Source: an uncultured Acetatifactor sp.
GTDB taxonomy: Bacteria > Bacillota > Clostridia > Lachnospirales > Lachnospiraceae
Assembly (NCBI GenBank): GCA_964529395.1
Contig: CAZGVI010000013.1
Span: 5,147 to 69,146, forward strand
Length of the DNA stretch: 64,000 nucleotides
Reading direction: 5' to 3'
A program made the position numbers and the translations under genes. The notes below the pieces were generated by a model. It ran no database searches and had not been told where the DNA came from. It worked only from the letters and a program-made list of their open reading frames with translations. Below, in pieces: positions 1-8,951 of the stretch. How positions within the stretch are numbered: the first letter of the stretch is position 1; each line of letters opens with the position of its first letter.

Positions 1-32
1 TCAATATCCAGCACCAACACTTTCTTCTCCAT
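1..32 (-). CDS. 5' fragment of a probable HAD-superfamily (Cof-type) hydrolase, runs off the window edge
   Basis: ATG at 32 preceded by GGGAG; translates MEKKVLVLDI, resembling the start of HAD motif I (hhhDxDGT). Only 10 codons visible. Confidence 0.55.
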   Translation of the reverse strand, partial: MEKKVLVLDI

Positions 33-155
33 GCATTTCTCCCGTATGCTATAAACCGGTTTCAGCGACAGAAGGAAATCCCCGCTGCCGCTGATCCTAT
101 TGTCATCCTGACTGATCGTTCTGCCGGGAATCCCTTCCCGCAGGATTGATTATTA

Positions 156-1727
156 TTAACCCACATCCTCTGTGGATTCCTCCGTACTGTCCTCACTCTG
201 CTGCGCCGTACTTTCCTGCTGTTCCTGCGCTGCCTCAGACGCCGCCTCTATCTTCAGATAGTTCAGATTGCCCTTGGGGTCGTCTACCGTCACGTTTTCA
301 CTGATTCCGTCCAGATATTCCGTCATAGTCTGGTTCAGCAGCAGATCATGGATACTGAGTTTCCAGGCCGGATCGTTGGTGCCCACATAGTACAGTATAT
401 AATCGTAGCCGTTCTCCTCCGTAAAAACAGCCGTATCTCCCGCCTGACGGCCGGCGTCCGCCATCCATGCGTTCATGTCCTCACTCATACTGTCGGTTCC
501 CACGCCCTCATACAGGCCGCCCTCTACCCCGTTCTCGTCATACCGGGCGCACAGCTCAATAAAACTTTCCTCCGTGGCGGGCCCATTCTGCCATTCCTCC
601 AGAATGCTCTGGGTGCCGACACCCGAACCCGAGGTATCTGCGGAAGTCCTGACGATGGCCCGAATATCCACGGTGGGAGTCTCCACGCGATATCTCCGGT
701 CATAGCCCGCTACCAGATACCGATGGCCTGTGGTGTCTTCCACCACAGTGGTATCACCCGATGTTCTGGACTCGTCAAACAACCAGTCCCTGAGCAGATA
801 GTTGGTGTAGGTATAACTCTGGGCCTCATAGGCATCACCGCCCGCCATGATGGTAATCTCCGCTGTATCCGCGTCCTTTTTGGCCTTTTCCATAGCGGCG
901 GCGATCTCCTCCTCAGTGGGCTCGTAAGGCACTTCGTTGCCTTCCTCGTCTAGCGTCACACTGCCGTCCGGCGCGGCGGTGGGCAACTCGGCGGCAACGA
1001 TGGTCATACGGTAGTCCGCCACGTCATAATCGTTCTTATTTTGTTCATAGTAGCTGTCTATCTCCGCGTCGGCAGGGGCAGAGGACTCAGAGATCTGTTC
1101 ATAGTAAGCCGTGGTCAGGATACCCTCCCGGATCACTTTTTCCAGACGGGACTCGGTGGCATATCCGCCAAACATGCTCTTCATATATTTGTTTAGAGTA
1201 GTGCCGCTCTCATCAGCTCCGTCCTGAATGTCCTGCATCATCTCCGCGTATTCTTCATCCGTGTCATATACAAAGCCCTCCGCCTGGGCCTGCGCTTTCA
1301 GAGCCTTTGTCTGGCGGATGTTCTCTACCGCCAACTGTTCAAAATAGTCCTTAAAAGTCATATCCTCAGAATACATTTGATTGTCGATATTGCTGGCGTC
1401 CATGCCCGTCATGGACAGATAATTGCTGTACTGCGCAATAAATCCAGTTCGGGCCATAGCGTAATGGTAGTCAAACTCCACTTTGGTCACTTTCTCGCCG
1501 CCCACATTGATATATGTGCCATTCACCGCCATATAGTTGCGAATGGGAAAAGATAACACTAATGCTGCCACGGCCAACACTATGACAACGCCGATCATAT
1601 TGCCGAGATTTTTATGGACTTTGGCTTTTTTCTCCTGCTCCGCATATGCCTGCATCTTGCGGTCATACTTGGTCATTGTCCGGGCCTCCTGCTTAGGAGC
1701 CTCCTGTTGATTGTTCTTTTTAGACAT
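156..1727 (-). CDS. Membrane-anchored SurA/PrsA-like peptidyl-prolyl isomerase/foldase-type protein
   Basis: 523 aa; charged N-terminus, one TM helix (GVVIVLAVAALVLSFPI), SurA-N-like region (GGEKVTKVEFDYHY), acidic tail. Confidence 0.65.
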   Translation of the reverse strand: MSKKNNQQEAPKQEARTMTKYDRKMQAYAEQEKKAKVHKNLGNMIGVVIVLAVAALVLSFPIRNYMAVNGTYINVGGEKVTKVEFDYHYAMARTGFIAQYSNYLSMTGMDASNIDNQMYSEDMTFKDYFEQLAVENIRQTKALKAQAQAEGFVYDTDEEYAEMMQDIQDGADESGTTLNKYMKSMFGGYATESRLEKVIREGILTTAYYEQISESSAPADAEIDSYYEQNKNDYDVADYRMTIVAAELPTAAPDGSVTLDEEGNEVPYEPTEEEIAAAMEKAKKDADTAEITIMAGGDAYEAQSYTYTNYLLRDWLFDESRTSGDTTVVEDTTGHRYLVAGYDRRYRVETPTVDIRAIVRTSADTSGSGVGTQSILEEWQNGPATEESFIELCARYDENGVEGGLYEGVGTDSMSEDMNAWMADAGRQAGDTAVFTEENGYDYILYYVGTNDPAWKLSIHDLLLNQTMTEYLDGISENVTVDDPKGNLNYLKIEAASEAAQEQQESTAQQSEDSTEESTEDVG

Positions 1728-1739
1728 TTCTTTCCTGTC

Positions 1740-1774
1740 CTTTCTATCTACCTTTCTATCTACCTTTCTATCTA
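1740..1774 (+). repeat. 12-bp tandem repeat x3 (ctttctatctac) in the pepF-surA intergenic region
   Basis: 1740-1751, 1752-1763 and 1764-1774 (last copy 11 bp), read directly. Confidence 0.9.
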
Positions 1775-1789
1775 TTGCTTTTTAGCGGA

Positions 1790-3460
1790 TCAAACTGATG
1801 CCTCCAGGCTTTCCACCAGGGATCGGATACTGCCATCCTCAAAGGGATTCTTAAGTCCCACGGCAGGAATCATCCGTGTAAAGAAATCACTGGCGGACAG
1901 CCTGCACAGCTTTATATAAGACGCCCATGCCGCCTTAAAGTCCTTATCCTTCCATATCTTGTACTGCAACGCACAGGTCTGGGCCAGACAGTAGTCAATA
2001 TAATACAGGGGCGCGTTATAGATATGGAGCTGCTGCTGCCACAGACCGCCCTTGCCAAAGAAAGGATTGTCCCCATAGTCCATATGAGGCCTATACTCCG
2101 CCTCCAACTGCAGCCAGGCCGTATGGCGCTGGGCCGGGGTCATATCCGGATTCTCATATACAATGTGCTGGAACTCGTCCACCATACAGCCATAGGGGAT
2201 AAAGATGGCGGAATCCTCCAGATGCATGTCAATATAGTCCTGCTTTCTGTCACCAAAGAACAGCCCCATCCAATTCTCCGTCATAAATTCCATGGACATG
2301 GAGTGAATCTCCGCCGTCTCCATGGTGATGTCCGCATGTTCACGAATGGGGTCCTGTCCGGACAGATAGCCCTGGAATGCATGTCCGCACTCATGAGTGA
2401 CCACGTCCACATCACCGCTGGTCCCGTTAAAGTTGGCGAAAATAAAGGGGGAGTGGTAATCCGGCATGTAGGTCATATAGCCGCCCGCTCTTTTATTTTT
2501 CCGGCCCAGCACATCAAAAAGCTGGTTCTCCATCATAAAGTCAAAAAACTCTCCCGTCTCCGAAGAAAGCTCCCTGTACATCTTCTGGCCTGCTGCCATG
2601 ATCTCTTCCGGGGTGCCGGTGGGAGCGGGATTGCCCTGCTTAAAGTACACTGCCTGGTCTATATAGCTCAATTTGTCAAGCCCCAGACGCTGTCTGCGAC
2701 GCTCATGCAGCTTTTCCGCAAAGGGCACGAAGTACTGCTTGATCTGTCTGCGGAAACTCTCCACTTCTTTCTGTCCGTAACAGTTGCGGCCCATGCGGTA
2801 GTAGCCCAGCTCCAGGTAATTCTCATAGCCCATGGCTTTGGCCTGCGCTGTGCGGTTCCCCACCAGCTTGTCGTAGATCTCATCCAGTTTGTCCGCATTT
2901 ACCAAAAAAAATTCCGTCTTTTTCTGCCATGCCTGCCTGCGGACTTCTCTGTCCGGGCTTACCAGATAGGGACGCAGCAGGGACAGGTTCAGTTCCTTGC
3001 CGTCAAAAGGTATCTTGGCGCTGGCGATCAGCTGGTCATACTCTGTGGTCAGCGCGTTTTCTTTCTGAGACAGGGTGATGACTCTCTCGTCAAAGGCTTT
3101 CATAGCCACTTCCATATTCTTGAACGCCACGGGGCCTATCTTGCTCTCCAAATAGTCCCGGTAAGGAGATTCATACAATTTCTGCATGTACTCCAACACC
3201 TGGTTCTGAAATATAGGTCCCATCTCGTCGTAATATTTGCGTTCTTTTTCATAGAACTCGTCCACCGTATTGATATCATGGCGGATATGGCCGATGGTCA
3301 TCAGGGTATTCACATGGTCGGTAAGTTTATAGTACCGCTGATGTATGGCAAACTGCTCCTCGCCGCTCTTTGCGGCCTCCAGTTCGCTTATCAGGCCGGA
3401 AAGTTCTTTCCCCACTTGCTCGAAATCCACCCGTTCATAAGGCATGTCACTGAATTTCAT
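1790..3460 (-). CDS. pepF: M3 family oligoendopeptidase F
   Basis: 556 aa; HECGH zinc motif followed by ETAEIHSMSME; MKFSDMPYERVD N-terminus typical of Firmicutes M3B peptidases. Confidence 0.92.
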   Translation of the reverse strand: MKFSDMPYERVDFEQVGKELSGLISELEAAKSGEEQFAIHQRYYKLTDHVNTLMTIGHIRHDINTVDEFYEKERKYYDEMGPIFQNQVLEYMQKLYESPYRDYLESKIGPVAFKNMEVAMKAFDERVITLSQKENALTTEYDQLIASAKIPFDGKELNLSLLRPYLVSPDREVRRQAWQKKTEFFLVNADKLDEIYDKLVGNRTAQAKAMGYENYLELGYYRMGRNCYGQKEVESFRRQIKQYFVPFAEKLHERRRQRLGLDKLSYIDQAVYFKQGNPAPTGTPEEIMAAGQKMYRELSSETGEFFDFMMENQLFDVLGRKNKRAGGYMTYMPDYHSPFIFANFNGTSGDVDVVTHECGHAFQGYLSGQDPIREHADITMETAEIHSMSMEFMTENWMGLFFGDRKQDYIDMHLEDSAIFIPYGCMVDEFQHIVYENPDMTPAQRHTAWLQLEAEYRPHMDYGDNPFFGKGGLWQQQLHIYNAPLYYIDYCLAQTCALQYKIWKDKDFKAAWASYIKLCRLSASDFFTRMIPAVGLKNPFEDGSIRSLVESLEASV

Positions 3461-3514
3461 ATGGTTTCTCCTCTCATGGCCCGCCGATCTGTACGCAGGC
3501 CGCTCTAACTCAGT

Positions 3515-3543
3515 ATCATACCTTTTTTTACGGAGATTGTAAA
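3515..3543 (-). promoter_or_regulatory. sigma-A promoter of pepF
   Basis: TTTACA (3538-3543) - 17 bp - TATGAT (3515-3520) on the minus strand. Confidence 0.6.
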
Positions 3544-3579
3544 CCTTTTCACAGAAAATTCATGCTCTGCAATGTATTT

Positions 3580-3804
3580 TTATCTTCCTGCCGCGGCAAG
3601 TTCTTCCCTGGTGCAATTCGTTATCCTGCTGATAGAAGTGTCATCCAGTCCTGCCTTGGCCATCTGTCGGATGATTCGAAGCCTTTCCTCCCGCTTTCCT
3701 TCTTGTCTTCCCTCTCGCTTGCCTTCACGTTTTCCCTCTCGTTTTCCCTCACGTCTCCCCTCTCGCCGTTCTTCTCTCATCAGATCGTCAAAGGCTTTAC
3801 ACAT
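3580..3804 (-). CDS. Putative internally initiated small protein (RpnS-type intragenic antitoxin), copy A, 74 aa
   Basis: In-frame ATG at 3804 (MCKAFDDL..) preceded by AAGGAGG (3813-3819). Confidence 0.6.
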   Translation of the reverse strand: MCKAFDDLMREERREGRREGKREGKREGKREGRQEGKREERLRIIRQMAKAGLDDTSISRITNCTREELAAAGR

Positions 3805-4533
3805 GGGCAGTTCCTCCTTTTCTATCTTTTTCAACAATCTGGCTATATGCAGATGCCTTGCGATCACGCGCTCCGTCTCGGGACAGAGATGCCGGAACTC
3901 TTCGGTTTGAAACAGGGCCTTCAGCTTTCCTCTGTCCCTCCGGCATTGCATGGCCTTAAAAAACTCCTTCAGATCCGTATTATAATTGTCGGGATTGACA
4001 AAATCCGCCTCTATCAAGGGGAAATCATAGTCTCGAAGATTATCCCCCAACAATATTTGGGATTCCGCCGACATCCGAAACATCTGCGACAGTTTGCGTC
4101 TGCCTTCCCAGCGCCCCTCCTTCAAAAACAAAACCACCGTGACCATAGGAAAAAGGTACTCACTTTCTTTTATCCTGCTCTTCTTTTCACGATAATTTTT
4201 ATAATTCTTTTGATCCTTATGCTTTTGGCCGATCTCCCGCATCTGATATTCATACTCGCAGGCGTCGTATGTCATGATCCGCTCAGGCATCCCATAATCT
4301 GATTCCGTCTCAATCTCAATACCGTAACAAATATTTTGCCGCATATCTACCATCAGCACATCCCTCTCCATCTCGCTGTACGCATTGGAGAGTGCCGGAT
4401 ATTTCCTGTTCTGTAGCACAAGATCCCCCGGCCTGAGTACTTTTTCCCCGTGATAGAGCGCAATGTTCACAAGCTCCGCAAACCTTTCGCAATCGGAAAA
4501 ATACGGCCTGTCCGCAATATCTATTTTTCCCAT
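3580..4533 (-). CDS. Rpn/YhgA-like recombination-promoting nuclease (PD-(D/E)XK 'putative transposase'), copy A
   Basis: 317 aa; ERDVLM..GIEIET..D.GMPERIMTYD nuclease core, PMVTVVLF strand, C-terminal MCKAFDDL + (REGK)n + helical tail typical of Rpn family. Confidence 0.85.
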   Translation of the reverse strand: MGKIDIADRPYFSDCERFAELVNIALYHGEKVLRPGDLVLQNRKYPALSNAYSEMERDVLMVDMRQNICYGIEIETESDYGMPERIMTYDACEYEYQMREIGQKHKDQKNYKNYREKKSRIKESEYLFPMVTVVLFLKEGRWEGRRKLSQMFRMSAESQILLGDNLRDYDFPLIEADFVNPDNYNTDLKEFFKAMQCRRDRGKLKALFQTEEFRHLCPETERVIARHLHIARLLKKIEKEELPMCKAFDDLMREERREGRREGKREGKREGKREGRQEGKREERLRIIRQMAKAGLDDTSISRITNCTREELAAAGR

Positions 4534-4718
4534 ATACCCCTTTCCGGCCGTAAGGATACCGCATATGCATACTTTGCCACGGAACCGCTTTCAACCATAT
4601 TTGTATTGTCTGTGTGAAATATGGCTGATAACGCCGGAATCAGGGCGAGGCCGCTCCTGATAGGTCACCCTGGTCTGAGCAGGGTACAGAATTTCACAGA
4701 GAAGATTTTCTTCTATTT
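4534..4718 (-). ncRNA. Conserved structured 5' leader of Rpn copy A (candidate cis-regulatory or ncRNA element)
   Basis: About 185 nt between promoter and ATG, nearly identical to the copy B leader; multibranch stem-loop can be drawn by hand. Confidence 0.4.
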
Positions 4719-4724
4719 GAGGTT

Positions 4725-4753
4725 ATTATAAGAACTCTGATAAATATTGTCAA
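4725..4753 (-). promoter_or_regulatory. Perfect-consensus sigma-A promoter of Rpn copy A
   Basis: TTGACA (4748-4753) - 17 bp - TATAAT (4725-4730). Confidence 0.85.
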
Positions 4754-4796
4754 TTAAAAAATATGATTTCCTATATTCTTTATTCATTAAATACAC

Positions 4797-4825
4797 TTGT
4801 ATTTCGCTCCCCCTTTCCCTATAAT
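4797..4825 (+). promoter_or_regulatory. sigma-A promoter of the ORF at 4876
   Basis: TTGTAT - 17 bp - TATAAT. Confidence 0.6.
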
Positions 4826-4875
4826 TATCCATTATAAGATAGTCCATTATTGATTATAGAAAGAGGGAAAAGATT

Positions 4876-5304
4876 ATGACGGAAAAGCCTGAATATCTAT
4901 ACCATGGAAGTCAATATAAACTGGATATACTCATACCGCAGCAGGCCGCCGGTGAACAGAATATAGATTCTCTGAAAGCAATCTACGCTGCCGGAACCAT
5001 GGATGAAGTGATACCGTTCGCCCTGCCAATCCGCTGGTATCCGGATACCCCGGAGGGAAAGAGGAATTTCGAGTGCAGCAACGGAAAGGTTCTGTTAAAG
5101 TATGGTTCTTTAGACCCTGACGGCGTGGGATATGTATATAAGGTTCGTGCGGATTCCTTTGAAAAAATAGACGGATGGCAGTGGGTTTCACAGGAGAAAT
5201 GCTTGCCTGTAGAAATAATGGAAATAAAAGTGGCGGATTACCTTGACCGAGTGGAGTTTTCAGAAGAGGCGCAAAAAATCCAACAGCATTTGTTTCCTGA
5301 TTAA
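4876..5304 (+). CDS. Hypothetical protein, possible ADP-ribosyltransferase-like (Arr-type) fold
   Basis: 142 aa with RBS GAGGG; YLYHGS, AIYAA, GYVYKV and WQWVS motifs in the spacing of H-Y-E/Q clade ART proteins. Confidence 0.6.
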   Translation: MTEKPEYLYHGSQYKLDILIPQQAAGEQNIDSLKAIYAAGTMDEVIPFALPIRWYPDTPEGKRNFECSNGKVLLKYGSLDPDGVGYVYKVRADSFEKIDGWQWVSQEKCLPVEIMEIKVADYLDRVEFSEEAQKIQQHLFPD

Positions 5305-5317
5305 CAAAACAACTCGA

Positions 5318-5363
5318 AATAAGCCGGGAAACATCGCAAAAATGCGTCGTTCCCCGGCTTATT
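5318..5363. terminator. Stem-loop between convergent genes (probable bidirectional terminator)
   Basis: aataagccggg ... cccggcttatt inverted repeat. Confidence 0.6.
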
Positions 5364-5389
5364 ATACAGTACTACAGCCACTTCATAAA

Positions 5390-7723
5390 TCAGCAGTTTA
5401 CCACCATATGGGCAGCTTTGGGCGTTACCAGCGTGTCATTGCCTTCTATGCGGATATCCGCGCCGTCAGCGGACACGGCCTGCACATTTACCAGACGCAC
5501 CGTATAGGGCTTAACCGCCTCCACATCCAGAGTGACGGCTCCTGCATGGCGGGACGCCTTGATCGTCAGCGCCGCCTGCCTGTCCATGCCATAGACGGTC
5601 CGCTCCGTACTGGCTCCATTATGCAGCTCGTAGATCCGCAGTTCCACTCCGTCGGCGTAATCATAATCCGGCCTGTCGTCCCTGGCGCCCAGGGCGATAA
5701 TGGAACATTCCTTCACCATCATGGGCAGGCTGAAATAGTCATACTCAGCGCTGTACCACTTGCCGCCCTCCTGCACCTGACCGGTAAGAAAATCCGTCCA
5801 TGTGCCCTCGGGCAGATAGTACTCGCCGATCCCCTCCTCGTTGAAGATGGGAGCCACCAACAGGCTGTCGCCCAACATGTACTGCTTGTCCAGATAACTG
5901 CAGTTCTTATCAGAGGTATATTCCAACACCATGCTGCGCATGGTGGGGATGCCGGTGCGGTTGGTATAGATGGAAGTCTCATATAAATAAGGCATCAGCC
6001 GGGCTTTTTGCCGGGTGAAGAACCGGCACACATCCACCGCCTCCTCGTCATAGACCCAGGGCACCCGGTAAGAAGTGCTGCCATGGAGACGGCTGTGGGA
6101 GGACAGCAGGCCAAACGCCACCCACCTCTTGTATACATCCGGCGTGGAAGTGTGCTCAAAGCCGCCGATATCATGAGCCCAGAAACCAAAGCCGCTCATC
6201 AGCAGACTAAGACCTCCTCTGAGACTCTCCTCCATGGACTCATAATCGGACCAGCAATCGCCGCCCCAGTGTACCGGGAATTTCTGGCCTCCCACGGTGG
6301 CGGAACGGGCAAACAATACCGCCTCTCCCTTGCCCCGCTTTCTCTCCAGCAGCTCATAAACGCATTTATTGTACAGGTAAGTATAGTAATTGTGCATCTT
6401 CTTGGGGTCAGAGCCGTCAAAATATGCCGCGTCGGTGGGAATCCTCTCGCCGAAATCGGTCTTAAAGCAATCCACGCCCATGTCCAGCAGCACTTCCAGC
6501 TTGTCCTGGAACCATTTCCAGGCTTCCGGGTTGGTAAAGTCTACGATCGCCATGCCCGGCTGCCACATATCCCACTGATAGACCTGACCGTTAGGCCGCT
6601 TGATGAAATACCCTTTCTCCATGCCCTCCCTGAACAGATAGGACTCCTGGCCGATGTAGGAGTTGATCCACACGCAGATATTCAACCCTTTTTCCTTGAT
6701 GCGCCGCAGCAGTCCCTCCGGGTCGGGGAATATCCTCTCATCCCACAGAAAATCGGACCAATGAAATTCCTTCATCCAGCAGCAGTCAAAATGAAAGGTG
6801 CGCAGAGGAATGCCCCGGTCCAGCATACCGTCGATAAAGCTCATGACCGTATTCTCGTCGTAACTGGTGGTGAAGGAGGTGGACAGCCACAGTCCGAATG
6901 TCCAGGGCGCAGGCAGGGAAGGCTTGCCCGTGATATCCGTATAGGCTACCAGCACATCCTTCATGGCAGGCCCGTCAAACAGCATATAATCCAGATATCC
7001 GCCCTCCACGGAGAATTCCGCCCGGGTCACCATCTCCGTGCCAAGCTCCATAGATACGTTCTCCGGGTGGTTGATCAGCACGCCATACCCCTTATTGGAG
7101 ATATAAAAAGGAATGTTTTTGTATGCCTGCTCGGTGCTGGTGCCTCCGTCCGCATTCCAGATATCAATGCTCTGGCCGTTCTTGACAAAGGGAGTGAAAT
7201 GCTCGCCTGTGCCGTAAAGCAGTTCTCCCACGCCCAGAGACAACTGCTGGCGGATATAGGTGTCCGTGTTGTCCCCCCGGTCATAGTACTCGCCCTTCCA
7301 GTCGGTCTTCATCAGCGCCAGGTCTTTTCCGGTGCTGCGGGTCAGCAGCCTGCCGTCTCTCTTATAAGTCATAGACCAGGGTTTTTTTGTGATCTCCAGG
7401 GACAGATTGCCGCTCTTAACGGCGATCAGTTCGTCCGTCTCGGTCACATCCAGCGGGCACTCCTGCAGATTCAGTTCAAAGGCGGGCTCACATGTCACCG
7501 CGCCCAGATGATGATAGGTCTGCACCCGCAGTACATTCACTCTGGGGGAGGTGATCCTGACCGTCAGATTGATGCCGCCCAAAGTAGCTCCCTTGCTGTT
7601 AATATGGCCTGTGGGAGCGCAGATGCTTACCTCCGTATCCGTCTTTTTGATAAAATAGGCCTCCGTAGGCGCAAAACACCCGCAGCCCTCCTTTTGTAAC
7701 CAACATCCGTTACTGAATTTCAT
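5390..7723 (-). CDS. yicI: GH31 alpha-xylosidase
   Basis: 777 aa; MKFSNGCWL start, FKTDFGE nucleophile motif, WAHDIGGF acid/base motif. Confidence 0.93.
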   Translation of the reverse strand: MKFSNGCWLQKEGCGCFAPTEAYFIKKTDTEVSICAPTGHINSKGATLGGINLTVRITSPRVNVLRVQTYHHLGAVTCEPAFELNLQECPLDVTETDELIAVKSGNLSLEITKKPWSMTYKRDGRLLTRSTGKDLALMKTDWKGEYYDRGDNTDTYIRQQLSLGVGELLYGTGEHFTPFVKNGQSIDIWNADGGTSTEQAYKNIPFYISNKGYGVLINHPENVSMELGTEMVTRAEFSVEGGYLDYMLFDGPAMKDVLVAYTDITGKPSLPAPWTFGLWLSTSFTTSYDENTVMSFIDGMLDRGIPLRTFHFDCCWMKEFHWSDFLWDERIFPDPEGLLRRIKEKGLNICVWINSYIGQESYLFREGMEKGYFIKRPNGQVYQWDMWQPGMAIVDFTNPEAWKWFQDKLEVLLDMGVDCFKTDFGERIPTDAAYFDGSDPKKMHNYYTYLYNKCVYELLERKRGKGEAVLFARSATVGGQKFPVHWGGDCWSDYESMEESLRGGLSLLMSGFGFWAHDIGGFEHTSTPDVYKRWVAFGLLSSHSRLHGSTSYRVPWVYDEEAVDVCRFFTRQKARLMPYLYETSIYTNRTGIPTMRSMVLEYTSDKNCSYLDKQYMLGDSLLVAPIFNEEGIGEYYLPEGTWTDFLTGQVQEGGKWYSAEYDYFSLPMMVKECSIIALGARDDRPDYDYADGVELRIYELHNGASTERTVYGMDRQAALTIKASRHAGAVTLDVEAVKPYTVRLVNVQAVSADGADIRIEGNDTLVTPKAAHMVVNC

Positions 7724-7821
7724 CGCATATCCTCCATTCCTATATATTTACCCGCCGATGCAGATCCGCAGGTACTTTTTCATATACCTTTAGCATACCA
7801 GAGAAACGCATAAATTGCACG

Positions 7822-7866
7822 AAAAAAATAAATAAAAAGGAATAGACCCCATAGAATCTATTCCTT
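7822..7866 (-). terminator. Rho-independent terminator after the GH43 gene
   Basis: aaggaataga/tctattcctt stem followed by a U-rich tract on the minus strand. Confidence 0.7.
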
Positions 7867-7905
7867 CCGATATCCGATGATTTTGCAGGCAGAAATCCGC
7901 CTGTG

Positions 7906-8880
7906 TCAAACCTGTTTCCGATAGGCAAATATCGGCCTGTCGTTTTCGTCCCACTCCACTTTCATCAGCATGGCGTGACGGTTTGGATCCGCCAGAGAAT
8001 CGCCGATGATCTCCTCATAAGTGCGGGCATGGTAGACGCAGATATCGTTGCCCTCCCTGTCCTTGGTAAAACTGTTGTGGCCGGGGCCGTATATACCCTT
8101 TTCCGCATCCGTAGCCAGCACAGGGTAACGCTCCTTGGTCCAGCTCCTGGGGTCTAACAGATCCGCGTCCTCCGTGGTGCTGAGCATGCCCATGCAATAG
8201 CAGGCGCCGGTGGCGCTGGCGGAATACGTCAGATAGATATGCCCGTTATGTTTTACCGCCGCAGGCCCCTCATTGACCCAAAAGCCGATCCGCTCCCAGT
8301 CATAGTCAGGCGTGGTCAGCAGCACCTGCACCGTAGCCAGCTTTGTACCCGATTCCATCCGGGCGATATACAGGTTGGATATCTGGTCTCCCACGCTGAC
8401 CTTCTCCGCCCAAATAAAATAATACGCACCCTTATTTTCCAGAACCGTGGCATCCAGGGAAAACGCGCGAAAAGAAAATCTGTCCTCGTCGACGCACTGC
8501 ATCTGGCCTCTCTCTATCCAGGCGTCCGTCATGGGATCCTGGCCGCCGCACTCCAATACATAGGGACGGATATGCCACCAATTGTCTTTGTCATCCCCGG
8601 CAAAATAAATATACCACTTTCCAAACAGATAATGTATCTCCGGCGCCCATATGTGATCGCTCATAGGGCCGCTCTCATGGCGGGTCCACACTGTGATCTC
8701 CTCCGCTTGGGCCAGTCCTTCTATAGTATCCGCATGGCGCAGGATGATCCTGTCATAGGCCGGAACGGAGGCGGTAAAATAATAGCTGCCGTCCGGCGCC
8801 TGGCCTACAAACGGATCTGCCCGCTGGAGGATAAAGGGCTTATTGTATTCCGTAATGGGTCCGTTGATTTTCTGTTCCAT
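7906..8880 (-). CDS. GH43 alpha-L-arabinofuranosidase
   Basis: QRADP, WAPEIH, SLDATV and VNEGP motifs; likely start MEQKING at 8880 (track start 8904). Confidence 0.9.
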   Translation of the reverse strand: MEQKINGPITEYNKPFILQRADPFVGQAPDGSYYFTASVPAYDRIILRHADTIEGLAQAEEITVWTRHESGPMSDHIWAPEIHYLFGKWYIYFAGDDKDNWWHIRPYVLECGGQDPMTDAWIERGQMQCVDEDRFSFRAFSLDATVLENKGAYYFIWAEKVSVGDQISNLYIARMESGTKLATVQVLLTTPDYDWERIGFWVNEGPAAVKHNGHIYLTYSASATGACYCMGMLSTTEDADLLDPRSWTKERYPVLATDAEKGIYGPGHNSFTKDREGNDICVYHARTYEEIIGDSLADPNRHAMLMKVEWDENDRPIFAYRKQV

Positions 8881-8951
8881 ACATTCCTCTCTCCTACATA
8901 TCACAGGCTATGCCTTCAGGCTTAATTTGACTCTACGCATTCACATTGCGG

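Larger units (their letters stand above)
3569..4762 (-). repeat. Rpn unit copy A (promoter + leader + CDS); long inverted repeat of about 13384-14553
   Basis: Manual alignment: homology runs from about 9 bp upstream of the -35 box to 11 bp after the stop (..aaaaatacattgc); 4037-4665 is identical to the reverse complement of 13481-14109. Confidence 0.95.

Noticed and set aside
2024-3508. 494-aa plus-strand ORF
   Set aside because: Antisense shadow of pepF; no recognisable motifs or RBS. Long shadow ORFs are expected in GC-rich third-position coding.
3555-3569. Possible target-site duplication or terminal inverted repeats for the Rpn units
   Set aside because: Flanks of the two copies share no duplicated sequence and the unit ends are not inverted repeats of each other.
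6008-7699. 563-aa plus-strand ORF
   Set aside because: Antisense shadow of yicI.
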